64,000 bases of DNA from Antedon mediterranea (taxonomy: Eukaryota; Animalia; Echinodermata): contig NC_092676.1 in the NCBI RefSeq assembly GCF_964355755.1, forward strand, positions 18,990,871-19,054,870, written 5' to 3'. Of the stretch, positions 1 to 11,400 are shown piece by piece; the first letter of the stretch is position 1; every line of letters begins with the position of its first letter. The position numbers were made by a program, and so were the translations under genes. Below the pieces are notes generated by a model that was not told the origin of the DNA, did not search any database, and saw only the letters and a list, made by a program, of their open reading frames with translations.

Positions 1-182
1 ACATGAGCTGTGTAAATGTTTTTTTTTTAGTTTTTGGTTATCTTAGGTTATTTTATGGATCATTTTTTTGTGTAAAGCATTTAAACATTGTCTTAGCCAC
101 TATATAAATAAGACTACCTTTAATAATATTATTATTTTATTACAAAGTTTAATGTCTGTCATCTACAATGATACGAATGTAC

Positions 183-1374
183 CTTTACTGGGAGCCCTCT
201 GTATGTAGGCTGTAGTTCCATCTTCCAATTGTACAGCTTGACCATCCTCAAAAGAGGCAACTAGGGTAAATAAAATGAGTATAATTAACGCATTATCAAA
301 CTTTATGCGACAACAAAATGTGAATAGTGTATTTATATGAAGCTAAATTGGTACTTACGAGTATTTTTATCTGTTATCTGTTGGATAAATGCAGTAGTCC
401 CATCTTCTAATTGTACTGTTTGAGACTGAACTATACTTCTTTCTAAAAACAAAGAAGAAACTTCTAGTAGGTATTGTAATTTTATATCAATTATTTTAAT
501 AATACTGGACTCTCTGAAAACCCGAAATTCTCCCAAAACCAGGCTTTTTAGAGGTCCAAAAGGTCCCAGATTCCTCTTTACCATTAAAAACACATTGTGA
601 ATACCAAACTTTCCAGAAAACCAGACATATTTCACCAGCACAAAGGTGTATTGGGAGAGTTGACTGTATTTATAAATCATTATTTGCTCAAACCTTTTTG
701 AATATATGCAGTTGTTCCGTCAGCTAGCTGAATCTCTTCTAGATCCTGTGTGTTATCTTCGGTTAACTTTTCTGATGTCACATTCACATCAACACCCTGA
801 AAATATTACTTATTAGTGAAGACAAATATTTACTAATTCATTAAATGATATTCATGGAATGAATAATTTCAGAAAATAAGACTAATAAAGACTTTTTAGA
901 CACATCTTCAGAAATGCTCAATATGTGTTTTTTCTATAGTAATAAGAGAATTGACTGCACTCTGTGTGGAGTTACCCACGTTTTATTTAATATCAATGAA
1001 GATGTCATGTTAATGAATGATGAATGAATGGATAAATCAATAGACAGAAGAACAGATAATGTTTGAATAGCTGAATGAATGAAAAAATGGATGAATAAAT
1101 GAAAAAATAAAATGAATGAATTATGCATTTAACAACAAATGGATGGCTTAATGAATAAAAATGAATTATTTAAAAATATAAAAATTATCATCAGCTAGTT
1201 TTTATTAGGCTATAGGCAGATTATAAAAGTGAAGTTTTAACGAACCGTTACATCATCCTGGTGTATTGTCAGTTCTCCCTCTCCATTCTGAGGATCGGTC
1301 AATATCATGTTTATAACTGGAGACTCAGTGGCCACTTCGAGCTCTTTAGATAGGTCGCCATCTTCAGGATCCAT
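183..1374 (-). CDS. ZNF143: ZNF143/Staf (ZNF76/143 family) zinc-finger transcription factor, 5' coding exons; gene continues beyond the left edge
   Basis: Exons 1374-1246, 796-694, 442-359 and 260-183 have GT-AG boundaries and consistent phases. They encode the Staf N-terminal repeats EIQLADGTTAYIQ, TVQLEDGTTAFIQ and FEDGQAVQLEDGTTAYIQ. The zinc fingers lie outside the window. Confidence 0.88.
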
Positions 1375-3164
1375 GGTAGAGCATAAACTATAGAAACAAT
1401 TAAATGATATATTCAGATGTTTGTCAAATGAATGACACAGACAGTGTTCTAATGCAGAGTCCAAAGGCCCCTATGCAAGGGCCTTCTTCTGGACCTAAAT
1501 CATTAAAAAGATAAATATTTTGGCAAATATGGCATTTCATATGTATGCATACAATACTACTTTCATGAGCTTCGTATTTTCAGACAAAAATCGAAACACT
1601 GAGTAGTGGACTAATAAAAGACAATAGCTACAGACTTGGGGCAAGTCTAGAAAGCCTCCAACACCATTGAGGAAAAGTCAGTGGCCAATTTTTTGATGTA
1701 TTTTAATGCAGTCTTTTGTCATATATTTACTGTAAATGTTAATACTTTAAACTTCTAATTCTGACTTTTGTGTGTCAACATTGATGAAATTGTGCTAAAA
1801 CAAAAGGCAGCCATATACATGTACTTATTTAACTTTCCCTAAATAGTATACAGTACTACAGTTTTTATACTTTACTGTTCTGTAGGCCTTTTCGGAATTG
1901 TATTTTATTTTGTGGGCTCTGCTCTGGGGTCCCAAGGTTTAGCCAGTGATTGTGCATAGCCGTTATGCCACTGGGGACAGGGTCTCTTGAATGGGTTTTT
2001 AGTGCACGATTATAATCCCTAGCTAGTGATAAATATTGTAAGAAATGTAGTTTAGTTTAAAAAATCAATCAATAATATTTGTAAAAATATGTTACGTAAT
2101 TCATTGTTTGTATAGATAGTGGAACAATTTTTGTTAATGTCTGTGTGTTTCTCATATTGCAATTGGAGCATTGTTATTAATGTTAGGCTGGGTGGGGGTT
2201 GGGAAGAACAGAGAGGGGTATTCATTTAGAAAACAAGGGCATAGCAATAGGTGGAGGTGGTGGTGGTGAGGGTGGGGTGGGGGGTGGGTGAAGGAGTTGA
2301 AAAAGTATTTAAAAGAGAAAGAAATATGCAAAAATAAATTACATTTTATTTTACTGTCTCCAAAAAATAATGAAAGATCTGTGCACAAGAATCATACATC
2401 AGGTGGTGTGTATGATGCGGATATGATCTCAGACAGTAAAAAAGAACAACATTAAATACAGGCTAGGCTGGACATATGAAGGATCAATAAGCAGCCAAGG
2501 GAAAAATTCGGCCAAACAACCCCTTTCTTCGCACTTTTCGAACGGAGGCCTAATAAAGCCGATAATGGCAATTGATTGGGTTCTCTCTATTGTCCCAACA
2601 ATTTTCGACTCCATTTTGTTTTCTGTCTGGGTGGAACAGTCCCATTTAATAAGTGTATAAAAAGTGTGTTTTTCACTCAAATTGCAATAAATATGATCCA
2701 AAAATCAAAAGAATCTATAGGGATCACTTTCCGATTATTCCAAAAGGAATCGCTACGCAAATTTGGAGTGATTTCTGGGTAGAAATGTAATGATTCATGG
2801 GTAGGCCCACCATGCTTTGGGATAATAATGTGAAGACTGTGGCGCGAACCATGAATAAATTCAGTACAACGCCACTCTTTCTAGTGGAATGTATACACTA
2901 CTCCATCATGTATTACAATTTTATTCATGGTGCAGGGCACTGACTTCAGAATTATGGGATATTTCACACAATCCCTTGTGTTTTTTCACAGGTCATTTTC
3001 ACAACATACGGTAAAAAATGAACATACATAATTATACTACACAATTTACTAATTACCTTTGTTACAAGTGTAGTCAGAAATTATTTGCAGTTTGTTCAAC
3101 AGAATGTGTAAAATGATGATAAATATTGAGGCTAAAATTCTGCAACCAAAGACGATGCCTCAAG

Positions 3165-3205
3165 AGCATGACGTCATATGTGTAGCGTCGGAAATGACGT
3201 AATTG
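3165..3205 (-). promoter_or_regulatory. Probable ZNF143 promoter with CRE and ETS-CRE motifs
   Basis: ATGACGTCAT at about 3168-3177 and CGGAAATGACGT at about 3189-3200 lie just upstream (minus strand) of a candidate non-coding exon donor AAG|GTAATT near 3056. No transcript evidence. Confidence 0.35.
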
Positions 3206-3377
3206 TATTGGGTGCGCTCTCTGCATGTTCCTCAAATTAATGTGAATTTTCTTGTGAAACATAGATAAAGATAAACATTTTACCTATAATTTTATTCAGT
3301 CACCAATATATTTATATTTTAATTTATATAGTTAATGTTCTTATATTAACATATAAATCAAAACTGATATCAGCAAT

Positions 3378-3449
3378 TCCTTGATAGTATAGTGGTGAGT
3401 ATCTCCGCCTGTCACGCGGAAGACCGGGGTTCAATTCCCCGTCAGGGAG
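3378..3449 (+). tRNA. tRNA-Asp (anticodon GTC)
   Basis: 72-nt sequence TCCTTGATAGTATAGTGG...GGTTCAATTCCCCGTCAGGGAG. Acceptor stem TCCTTGA/TCAGGGA; anticodon stem TCCGC/GCGGA around loop CTGTCAC; A and B boxes intact; oligo-T Pol III terminator a few bases downstream. Confidence 0.96.
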
Positions 3450-4462
3450 CTTAATCTTTTTTTAATTTTGGCAATTTGATATCTTTTTTTTTAGAGAATT
3501 TGTAGTTAATAATATTGATTAAAATCACTCAAAACTCTATATATCTATTTCATATAATATCTCTATGGTATCTTGTAATTTTTATAAGAAATAGCCTAAA
3601 TCAACATTAGGTCTAGGCTGCGCCTATAGGATTCATTTTTTAAATATAATATCTAAATTTACAAATGTCCATTTGTTCGTAATTATCGATTTCTCGTGTT
3701 ATTATTTATTAGAGACGCGAGCCATTAATAAAGCAATTTTCTTTGGTGCCTACACTTTTTCTTAATAATTAGGCATTTTCATAACGAACAACCTGAGAGA
3801 TTTGGAATGCGGGACAGACTACACCATTGTTGTAAATGCTCATTATATTTTTATCATATTTATATATATTATTTGTATATTCTCAGTCTTCTCAATGAAA
3901 TCCGTCTATCTGATCATCGCAGTGCATTATGGCCTAATCATCTCATGAATACAAAGACCAATAGACAATGTGTCATCTTCAGTGTTTCGTATCGTGCAGT
4001 CCAATATTGTAGAAGTTAGGTTCGTTATGCATCGACATGGACTATGCGGTATTTACAATCATTCATTTTATATCCTCCATTTCATGATTCATCCCAACAA
4101 ACAAAAACCTAAAAATGTATTTAAAAAAAGAAGCAATCCGTTTAGTATTAATTCAGAAAGATAGGCCTATTTAATATTAAAAAGGTGTACGGTACTACTT
4201 TAATAGGTGTGTTCACATTACACATCAAAGTCGACAACACTGGGCTGAAAAACTTGAGCACTCACCTAAAGTAGAAGACGCTAACTAAAATCTGGTAAAT
4301 AATACTCGTCGTCTATTAGTTTCTTCACTAGTTTATGTGACTGTCCCAGTATCCCAATCTATGCTCAGCGTCCTGGTCGCATATATCCTTGCTGTTAGTT
4401 CCATCTGGTCTGTCTCCTTTAAAACTCCAGCCTCCTCCCCTCCTCTACTGGACCACCTCCCT

Positions 4463-6262
4463 CTACTCCTCCTCGTCCACCGCCTCTAAGACATCTTCCA
4501 ACACACCCTGTGGTTCCATTAATGTTTGGTTGTGTTGTTGCTTCATTGTTATTTTTAATCTTCTGTTACGTTCTCGTCTTTTTGCCATCTCGTTCAAATC
4601 GTGCCTCTGCTTTAGCTATAAAGAAACATTATACATTTAAATTTATGAAAAGGAAGTATTTGTGTTTTACTTTATTTGTTGTTAGTTATACTTACTTGGC
4701 GGTACCGATTGAGCATTCCAATGTCTTCCATCAGTTTACTGTCATTATCTGCCTGTGCCATTGTAGAAAACGCAGATGGTATCTCCCTGTTCACGTCTCT
4801 GTGGGATAAAATCAGCTCAGCCTTGATACCGCACCGCGATGGCGGTCGGGGACGACGTGTAGTAAGTTTGCTGTCCACAGACAAATCTTGGACATTGCTG
4901 AATAAAATCATAAACAATATAATTATCATCAATGATGATAGTTAATAACAATGATGATTAAATTAAAGACATTGATTATACAATACCTTCTGATCACACG
5001 AGTAGGAACGTCACTCGGTAAAATATAACGGTCAGAAAGTTCATCTGTGAACGAGAAAAACAATATTTTATAATCATTGCTTTTTATAACATAAACAGTT
5101 TAAATACAAGATAATGTTGTCTATAAACTGTACCTAATTTTCTATTGCCTTCTTGAACCAAATATTTGTATTGTTCAACGTCTGCATCCGAACACAAACT
5201 ATGTTTTTCCTCCTCCGACAATGAGTCTTCTCCAATATTCAGTTCATCATCTATGGCTTCAGGCATAAGCTGCTCACTAAATAAAAAAAACACATAACAT
5301 ATATCTTATAATATTCTTCGCGGCTTATCGTAATTTCTACACGTCTTTTCATCTAGACAAAATTAGACAAACCGTAATTTATTGGCCCAAATACAATTTT
5401 TTTTTAAAATTGAAAATTATAGTTATCCTTACAGAACACTTTGCTCTTCCAGATCCTCGCATTTCATGTCCCCTTCTTTAACAAATTCTGATTCATCCTC
5501 TTTCACACTAAATTTAGGGAATAATTAAGAAATAAAGAATAATTTAGTACCAATAATTATATTTATCGACAAATGAAATCTAACAGTTGAAACCGAAGTC
5601 TCAACCAGTTAATGATAGTAGAGCGTAAATATCGTGATTAATAATTATGTTATAAATATCCTTTTTGGAGATTAGAGTGTTTATTCGTGGTACCATACAT
5701 TTTGTTTGTACTTCCTGTATCTAATGGTATCGTCAGTCTTCACAGATTATTAATAAATAAAACCAAAACTTGTAATCATGAGTTTCAGGAAACAATATTT
5801 AATGATAGCCACATACACTAAACAATATAATTACCTTTCATTTGAATCCTTCTTAGTTTCAACAGGTAGTGGTATGTCCACGTCTTGTTTGACGGCAGGT
5901 GTCTCTACACCATCATTGCAGTCTTTCACTTTATATAAATCCATAACATCAGCCATGGTTCTTCTCTGTAACCTGATTGACCGACGGACTCTTGTGAAAG
6001 TTGAAGGCTTCTTTTTCTTTTCTTTGCTATCCGTATCGTGGCTATCCGATTGATCCTCTACTGGTGGGGAGTCCTCCAACGCAGTTGCCGAGGAGCCATT
6101 GGCATTGTTGGTGTCGTCTTCAGCTTCAGCGCTTTCGGTTGGCACCGATTGCATCGGATTATCAACATCAGTTCCTTCATCTTCTTCTAATTTCTCGCGA
6201 TTGTCCACCACGGTGGATTCAACAGTATCATTTCCACAAAGTACGCTGCAATTATTACCCAT
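4463..6262 (-). CDS. Uncharacterised acidic protein of about 352 aa with predicted N-myristoylation/palmitoylation (MGNNCSVLC)
   Basis: Six exons (6262-5835, 5507-5433, 5276-5134, 5044-4987, 4897-4696, 4615-4463), all GT-AG and phase-compatible, giving 1059 nt that end ...EAVDEEE*. No family recognised. Confidence 0.8.
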
Positions 6263-7204
6263 TATAATAGTAAACGAATTAATACAATAGATAAAATATA
6301 TTTATAAAAATAACTAAGTAGGCCAATAAGATTTCCGATAAGTTTCTGAATTAGATATAAACAGATTGTATCTTAGGAACTTTAATGCGCGCACAATAAT
6401 TGGCATGACAACGCAATGCGTACATACGTATACTGCGCATGTTCGCTCTCTCTCTCTCCCCTCCTCTCTCCCCCTCCGATCCCCAAACCTTTCTTCTCGA
6501 CTCGACGACTTTCTTTAAATAAAATGCTTTACCGCCCTCTATTTTTTGTTGTTCTAGTTTTGTTTGTCCCCATATTTTGTGTTCAGTAATAAAAGATAAC
6601 ATTGTAGATACATTGTTTTGAGAATATTGTTTTAAATTTCGTTTCCACTATTTTTTACCAACTTCATAATCCATCATATGTATCTATTATTATATTGGAG
6701 TAAAAATGGTTTGTAGAATATTATGCCTAGGTCTTTTCTTTTTAAAACTAAAATTTATCTATGATAAGATATTGAATTAATGATGCTGAAATTCGGATAA
6801 GGTGTTCTACAAAACTGAAAACAACTGTAGAATTATGTTCTTTTTTTCTAGTAAGACTGAAGTTTACTTTCAATCATTTTTTTGTCTTGTGTTAGAGGGT
6901 ATTTTTAGCCTAATCCCATTATGTCAACCCACATGATGACGTACTAAGGAGAATCAGAATCAAAGCCACACTTTGGCTCAGCTTTTTAAATTAATTAGTA
7001 GAATTATAGTAGGCCTCCTTACGTAATAACGTATTTTTCAGTAATTGACATAAATGACATTTTACGTCATTCATAACCGTTGTATAGAGTAGCGTTCTGA
7101 CAGTAATTGTCACCAATAAAATAATTTGGAATCCAGTGATATTTTAGACATAAAGTGTAATATATAGTGAATGTGAAAGAAGTGGATTCAAGAGCTGAGG
7201 ACAC

Positions 7205-7605
7205 TTTTTATTTTTTTATTTTTTATTTTTTATTTTATTTTATTCAGTTGTTGAAACAGCGATGAAACCGCCACTAACAGGTTGAATCTAAACATAATAA
7301 ACTATAAAATGTATTCATATAAACAACACAAACATAAACAAAGATAACAACATTAGAGATTTATCAATTTTACCCTTAAATACATTTAAACTATCATAAA
7401 ATAAATCAAAATCCAAACAAGTAACAAGTAACCTATTAAATGTGTTAGGTAACCGCTGAAAGATACCTCGTTTTTGTGCATTCAACACGACCACAAGGAA
7501 CGTGAAGTAAACACTTGTGCTGCGAGTACGAGTTGGTATATTCAACTTTAACAAAGCAACAAGAGGACAATCATAAACGGAATTGAATGAGTTGTATTTA
7601 GTTGT
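7205..7605 (-). mobile_element. 5'-truncated LINE 3' end (CR1/Jockey-like)
   Basis: Minus-strand peptide YDCPLVALLKLNIPTRTRS...QRLPNTFN...FDLFYDSLNVFKGKI resembles a LINE ORF2 C-terminus and is followed by an (AATAAAA)n-like tail at 7205-7243. Confidence 0.6.
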
Positions 7606-8410
7606 GTGTGTTTCGTTAAAATGTAGGCCTATATATATATATATATATGTGTAAATTATAAAGACTTTGTAGGCCATTTCACAGTTTTAATAAAGTTAAT
7701 CACTTTCCGTAGAAATAAAAATTTAAAAATAATGTTTATAACGACAAAATAAACGGTTAAATTCAACCAGCCTGACTAGTTTTTTATTTTTTTTCAGGTA
7801 AATTATTCTCAAACAAGCATGCTCTTCTGGTTAGTCCCCTATGTTTCACCTTCACCAAAAAGAAAAACATTAGGCCTAATTGATAGACATAAAAAAACCA
7901 TGCCTGATAATCTTCTGACTCGGGCCGAAAACGTCTGATCCTGGTATATGAGAAACACCGTACAATGTATGTAGTCACCCAAAACAATAAAAATACGTAT
8001 ATATATAATAAAATAAATCTTTTATTTTGTATTTATAGGCCCATTTTGTAGTTTTAATGGGAAAAAAATTTAATAGGCCTATACTTGAGCTAAAAAGAGA
8101 CAAAATAAACTCTTGTATAATATCCAAAACGTCTAGAAAACCGGGCTAATTTTGATTGTTGTTTAAATGCGGATTTTTCATATAATTTATCGATCTAAAT
8201 TGGGTAAAAGTGAATATTCTCTGTGTCATTAAAATTGCATTCTATTATTTAAACACAAAAGTGTAAAAATGGTATATTGCGTCACAGCAACGTCTGGTTT
8301 GCGCATGCTCATCAACATGCACTTACGAATCCATTCGCGCCGGGTTTTTGCTACACATGTGTTGTATCAAATGAATTCTTCTTCTATTTTGTTTGAAAAA
8401 TACTAAAAAA

Positions 8411-11400
8411 ATGGATTTTAAAAAAATTGTAGAAATCCTACAGGGAACTATACATCCTGACACACGTGAATCTGCCGAACAACAATTAAATGAGGTAAAG
8501 AATTACACATATGACGTGTTAATGTTATGATGGAAATGACCTGTTTTAGGCCTAGCTTCGCCAAATGCTTGAGTGAAGTCTACCTTTTAAGTGTGGGATG
8601 ATGATGAATCATCATCGGAATGGCAATCACATTTTAGAGACTAAACTAGGCCTAGCCTGAATAAAATTACTCAAACAAGTTTATTTTTTACCATTTTTAT
8701 GCAAGTAACATTAATAAATATTGTTGGGCTGTACTATAGTAATTAGTATGTTTATATAATATTAATAAGGTGAAATTAAAAAATTAATTTTTTTATATTA
8801 TAAATATAATATAAAAAAATTAATTTTTTAATTTTCGTAATTTAATATTTATATATTATTATTAAAAGTTTAATATATTATGTTCTTGTAAGACAATTGA
8901 GATGCCTCAGCGTTAGTTATCCAACACTATTAATTACTATTTACAGCTTTTTTACGAAACGATCGATGACAATTGGCGTATTCGAGTGTACTGCTGTTGA
9001 GTAGTTTTTATGTTGAGTACTTCTGAGATTGTTCTTAACGAAAAAGCTTTGGTTGTCAACGTTTTCTATTCAAATGACTTTCTGTTAAGCACAAATTTAC
9101 AATTCGAATACAAAAAGTACTCAACGAATCTTTACGTTGGCAACGAAAGTTCCCAATCGAATACGACAAATGCTATGCAGGGAAGCGCAACCAATGCAAA
9201 AATAATATAGCATGTCGAGCATATTTACTTTACTTTCAACTTTTATTGCCAAAAAAAGAAAATTTTTGGTTACTTACAAATTTATAACTCCTTAACGGAC
9301 AGTTGTATTGAAAAAATGTTTAATGTAAAAACCTATTTGGTTTATTTTATGTATTTCTTGGTCTCGGTTTTGATAAATTTAACTTCTGGTATTCTTTTCA
9401 CTATAGAAGGTGAGTAAAATCAACCTAACCATGTGTAAAGTATTGTACTATAAACATTTATTTTATGACCATTCTAACTTTTTTGTTGCTGCATGCTTTT
9501 TTTTTATAGATTCACAAGATCATAGGGTTTGCTCCCCACCTTTTACAAGTGGTAATGGTAGATGAGGTGCAATTTCCCGTCCGCCAGGCTGGAGTCATTT
9601 ACCTTAAGAATATGATAGTACAGTTCTGGCAGGAACGCGAGCCAGACCCAAAAGCAGACCCAAGGGAGGTGTTGTTCAGCATACATGAGAACGACCGTGC
9701 TCTCATAAGGGAAAACATCATAGAGGCAATTATTAGAGCTCCGGAACTAGTAAGGTTAGTGTGGATATGGCCGTGCATGTTCAACAGCTGATCAAAATTA
9801 AAATGAACACTACGTTTAAGTTAGCAGTGGGCCTGTCACGATAAATATGGTCCGGGGCCAAAATCGGTCCGGCCGGACCAGTTTTGGCTCTACAATTGTG
9901 GCCAAAAGCAGTCCGCCACTGCCAAAATCGGTCCGGGCTTTTCTTCTGTCGATTTTAATTGAATTACTAGGCCTATGATGCTGTTTTAAGTTGTTTGTGG
10001 CTAGAAAAATATCCCATGATATATATTAGTAAGTTATCTTGTCGGATAAATACTATAAATAAATGTATTTTATCTAAAAACATGACTTAGGTGTTCACTC
10101 ATATTTCGGCCTGCCACACACTCACATGAACGGGTATGAGACGCTGATATTGCCAGCTAGATTTTATTTATGATTGAGGCCTTTTTCCTTCCTCAGCCTA
10201 ATCAATATTGGATAATTGTTTTATAATAATTGTATTGAATTGATATATTGATTGATTAACCATAAATAATTAATAAATTAAATTGTTTTTAACATCCATA
10301 ATGGGGAAACGAAGATGTTAAAAAAGAAAAAATGGATTAAAAACAGACAGAGATACATATTGTATACAAAAAGCTTAACAATTAGTATTAATTATTGATG
10401 AGTTACTACTAATAATGATAATAAAAAAAACAGGCTTAATTTATAATATTAAAATAACAAATAAATCCCCGTAGTTTTCAATAATGACTAATCATGGCCT
10501 TTTTTTTAATGATATATACATTATGACTCATTTTGCGCACCATATATTTGTAAGACCGGACCATATTTGGCGGCCAAAAACAGTCCTACTGCCCGGACTG
10601 ACTTTATCCAGGCCGGACCAGTTTTGGCGGCTAAAATTGGTCCGGCCGGACAGGTTTTGGCAGCCATAAATGGTCCCCCGGACTGATTTTGGCAGCCAAA
10701 ACTGGTCCGCCGGACCGATTTTGGCCCGGACTGATTTTGGTGTGACAGGCCAAGTGTTTTTCGGCTTGCCCCACTGTAGATTGTCAATTACTGATGATGT
10801 ATTCTATACTTTTTTTCAGTTGTTGAAGCTTGTATAGTCCCTATGCATCTCATGCATTCCTTTTCAAAATTGTATTCTTCTGTAGATGGCAACAAACAGT
10901 AGGCTTTTGATACTGTAGGCTAGGCTACTGTAATAATGTCAGTCACTTTATTGTGCGCATGCGGAGGATTGAAACATTGATTTTGGTGGTTTCAAGGGCC
11001 ACATTGACATAACCTAGCTCTGTTCCTACTGTAGGTTACCAGTCGTCTAAAGCGCCCTACAGAAGTAGTATCTGGCTTTTCTGTATTTTCTCATCAAATC
11101 ACTTTTAATATACATTTTAGAATTAGCTAATTTGTTCATGTATCAACTTATTTCTAGAGTTCAACTTGCGGTTTGTCTTAGAAACATTCTAAAACATGAC
11201 TACCCAGGTAGATGGACAGGCATCGTTCAAAAGACTATACATGTTTTACAATCAAAGGATCTAAATGCGTGGTATGGCGCCCTCATCGGTGTATACCAAC
11301 TTGTCAAAAACTATGAGTGAGTGTACATAAATAGTTTTTTAAACGTTTTCTTATTTTTAAAATACTCATCAGAAGTTATTTATTTAGTCTGTCTTTATAC

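Noticed and set aside
8597-8660. ATGATGA...CTGA as a possible box C/D snoRNA (a similar pair occurs near 13632)
   Set aside because: No terminal stem or recognisable rRNA antisense element; such motifs are expected by chance in AT-rich introns.
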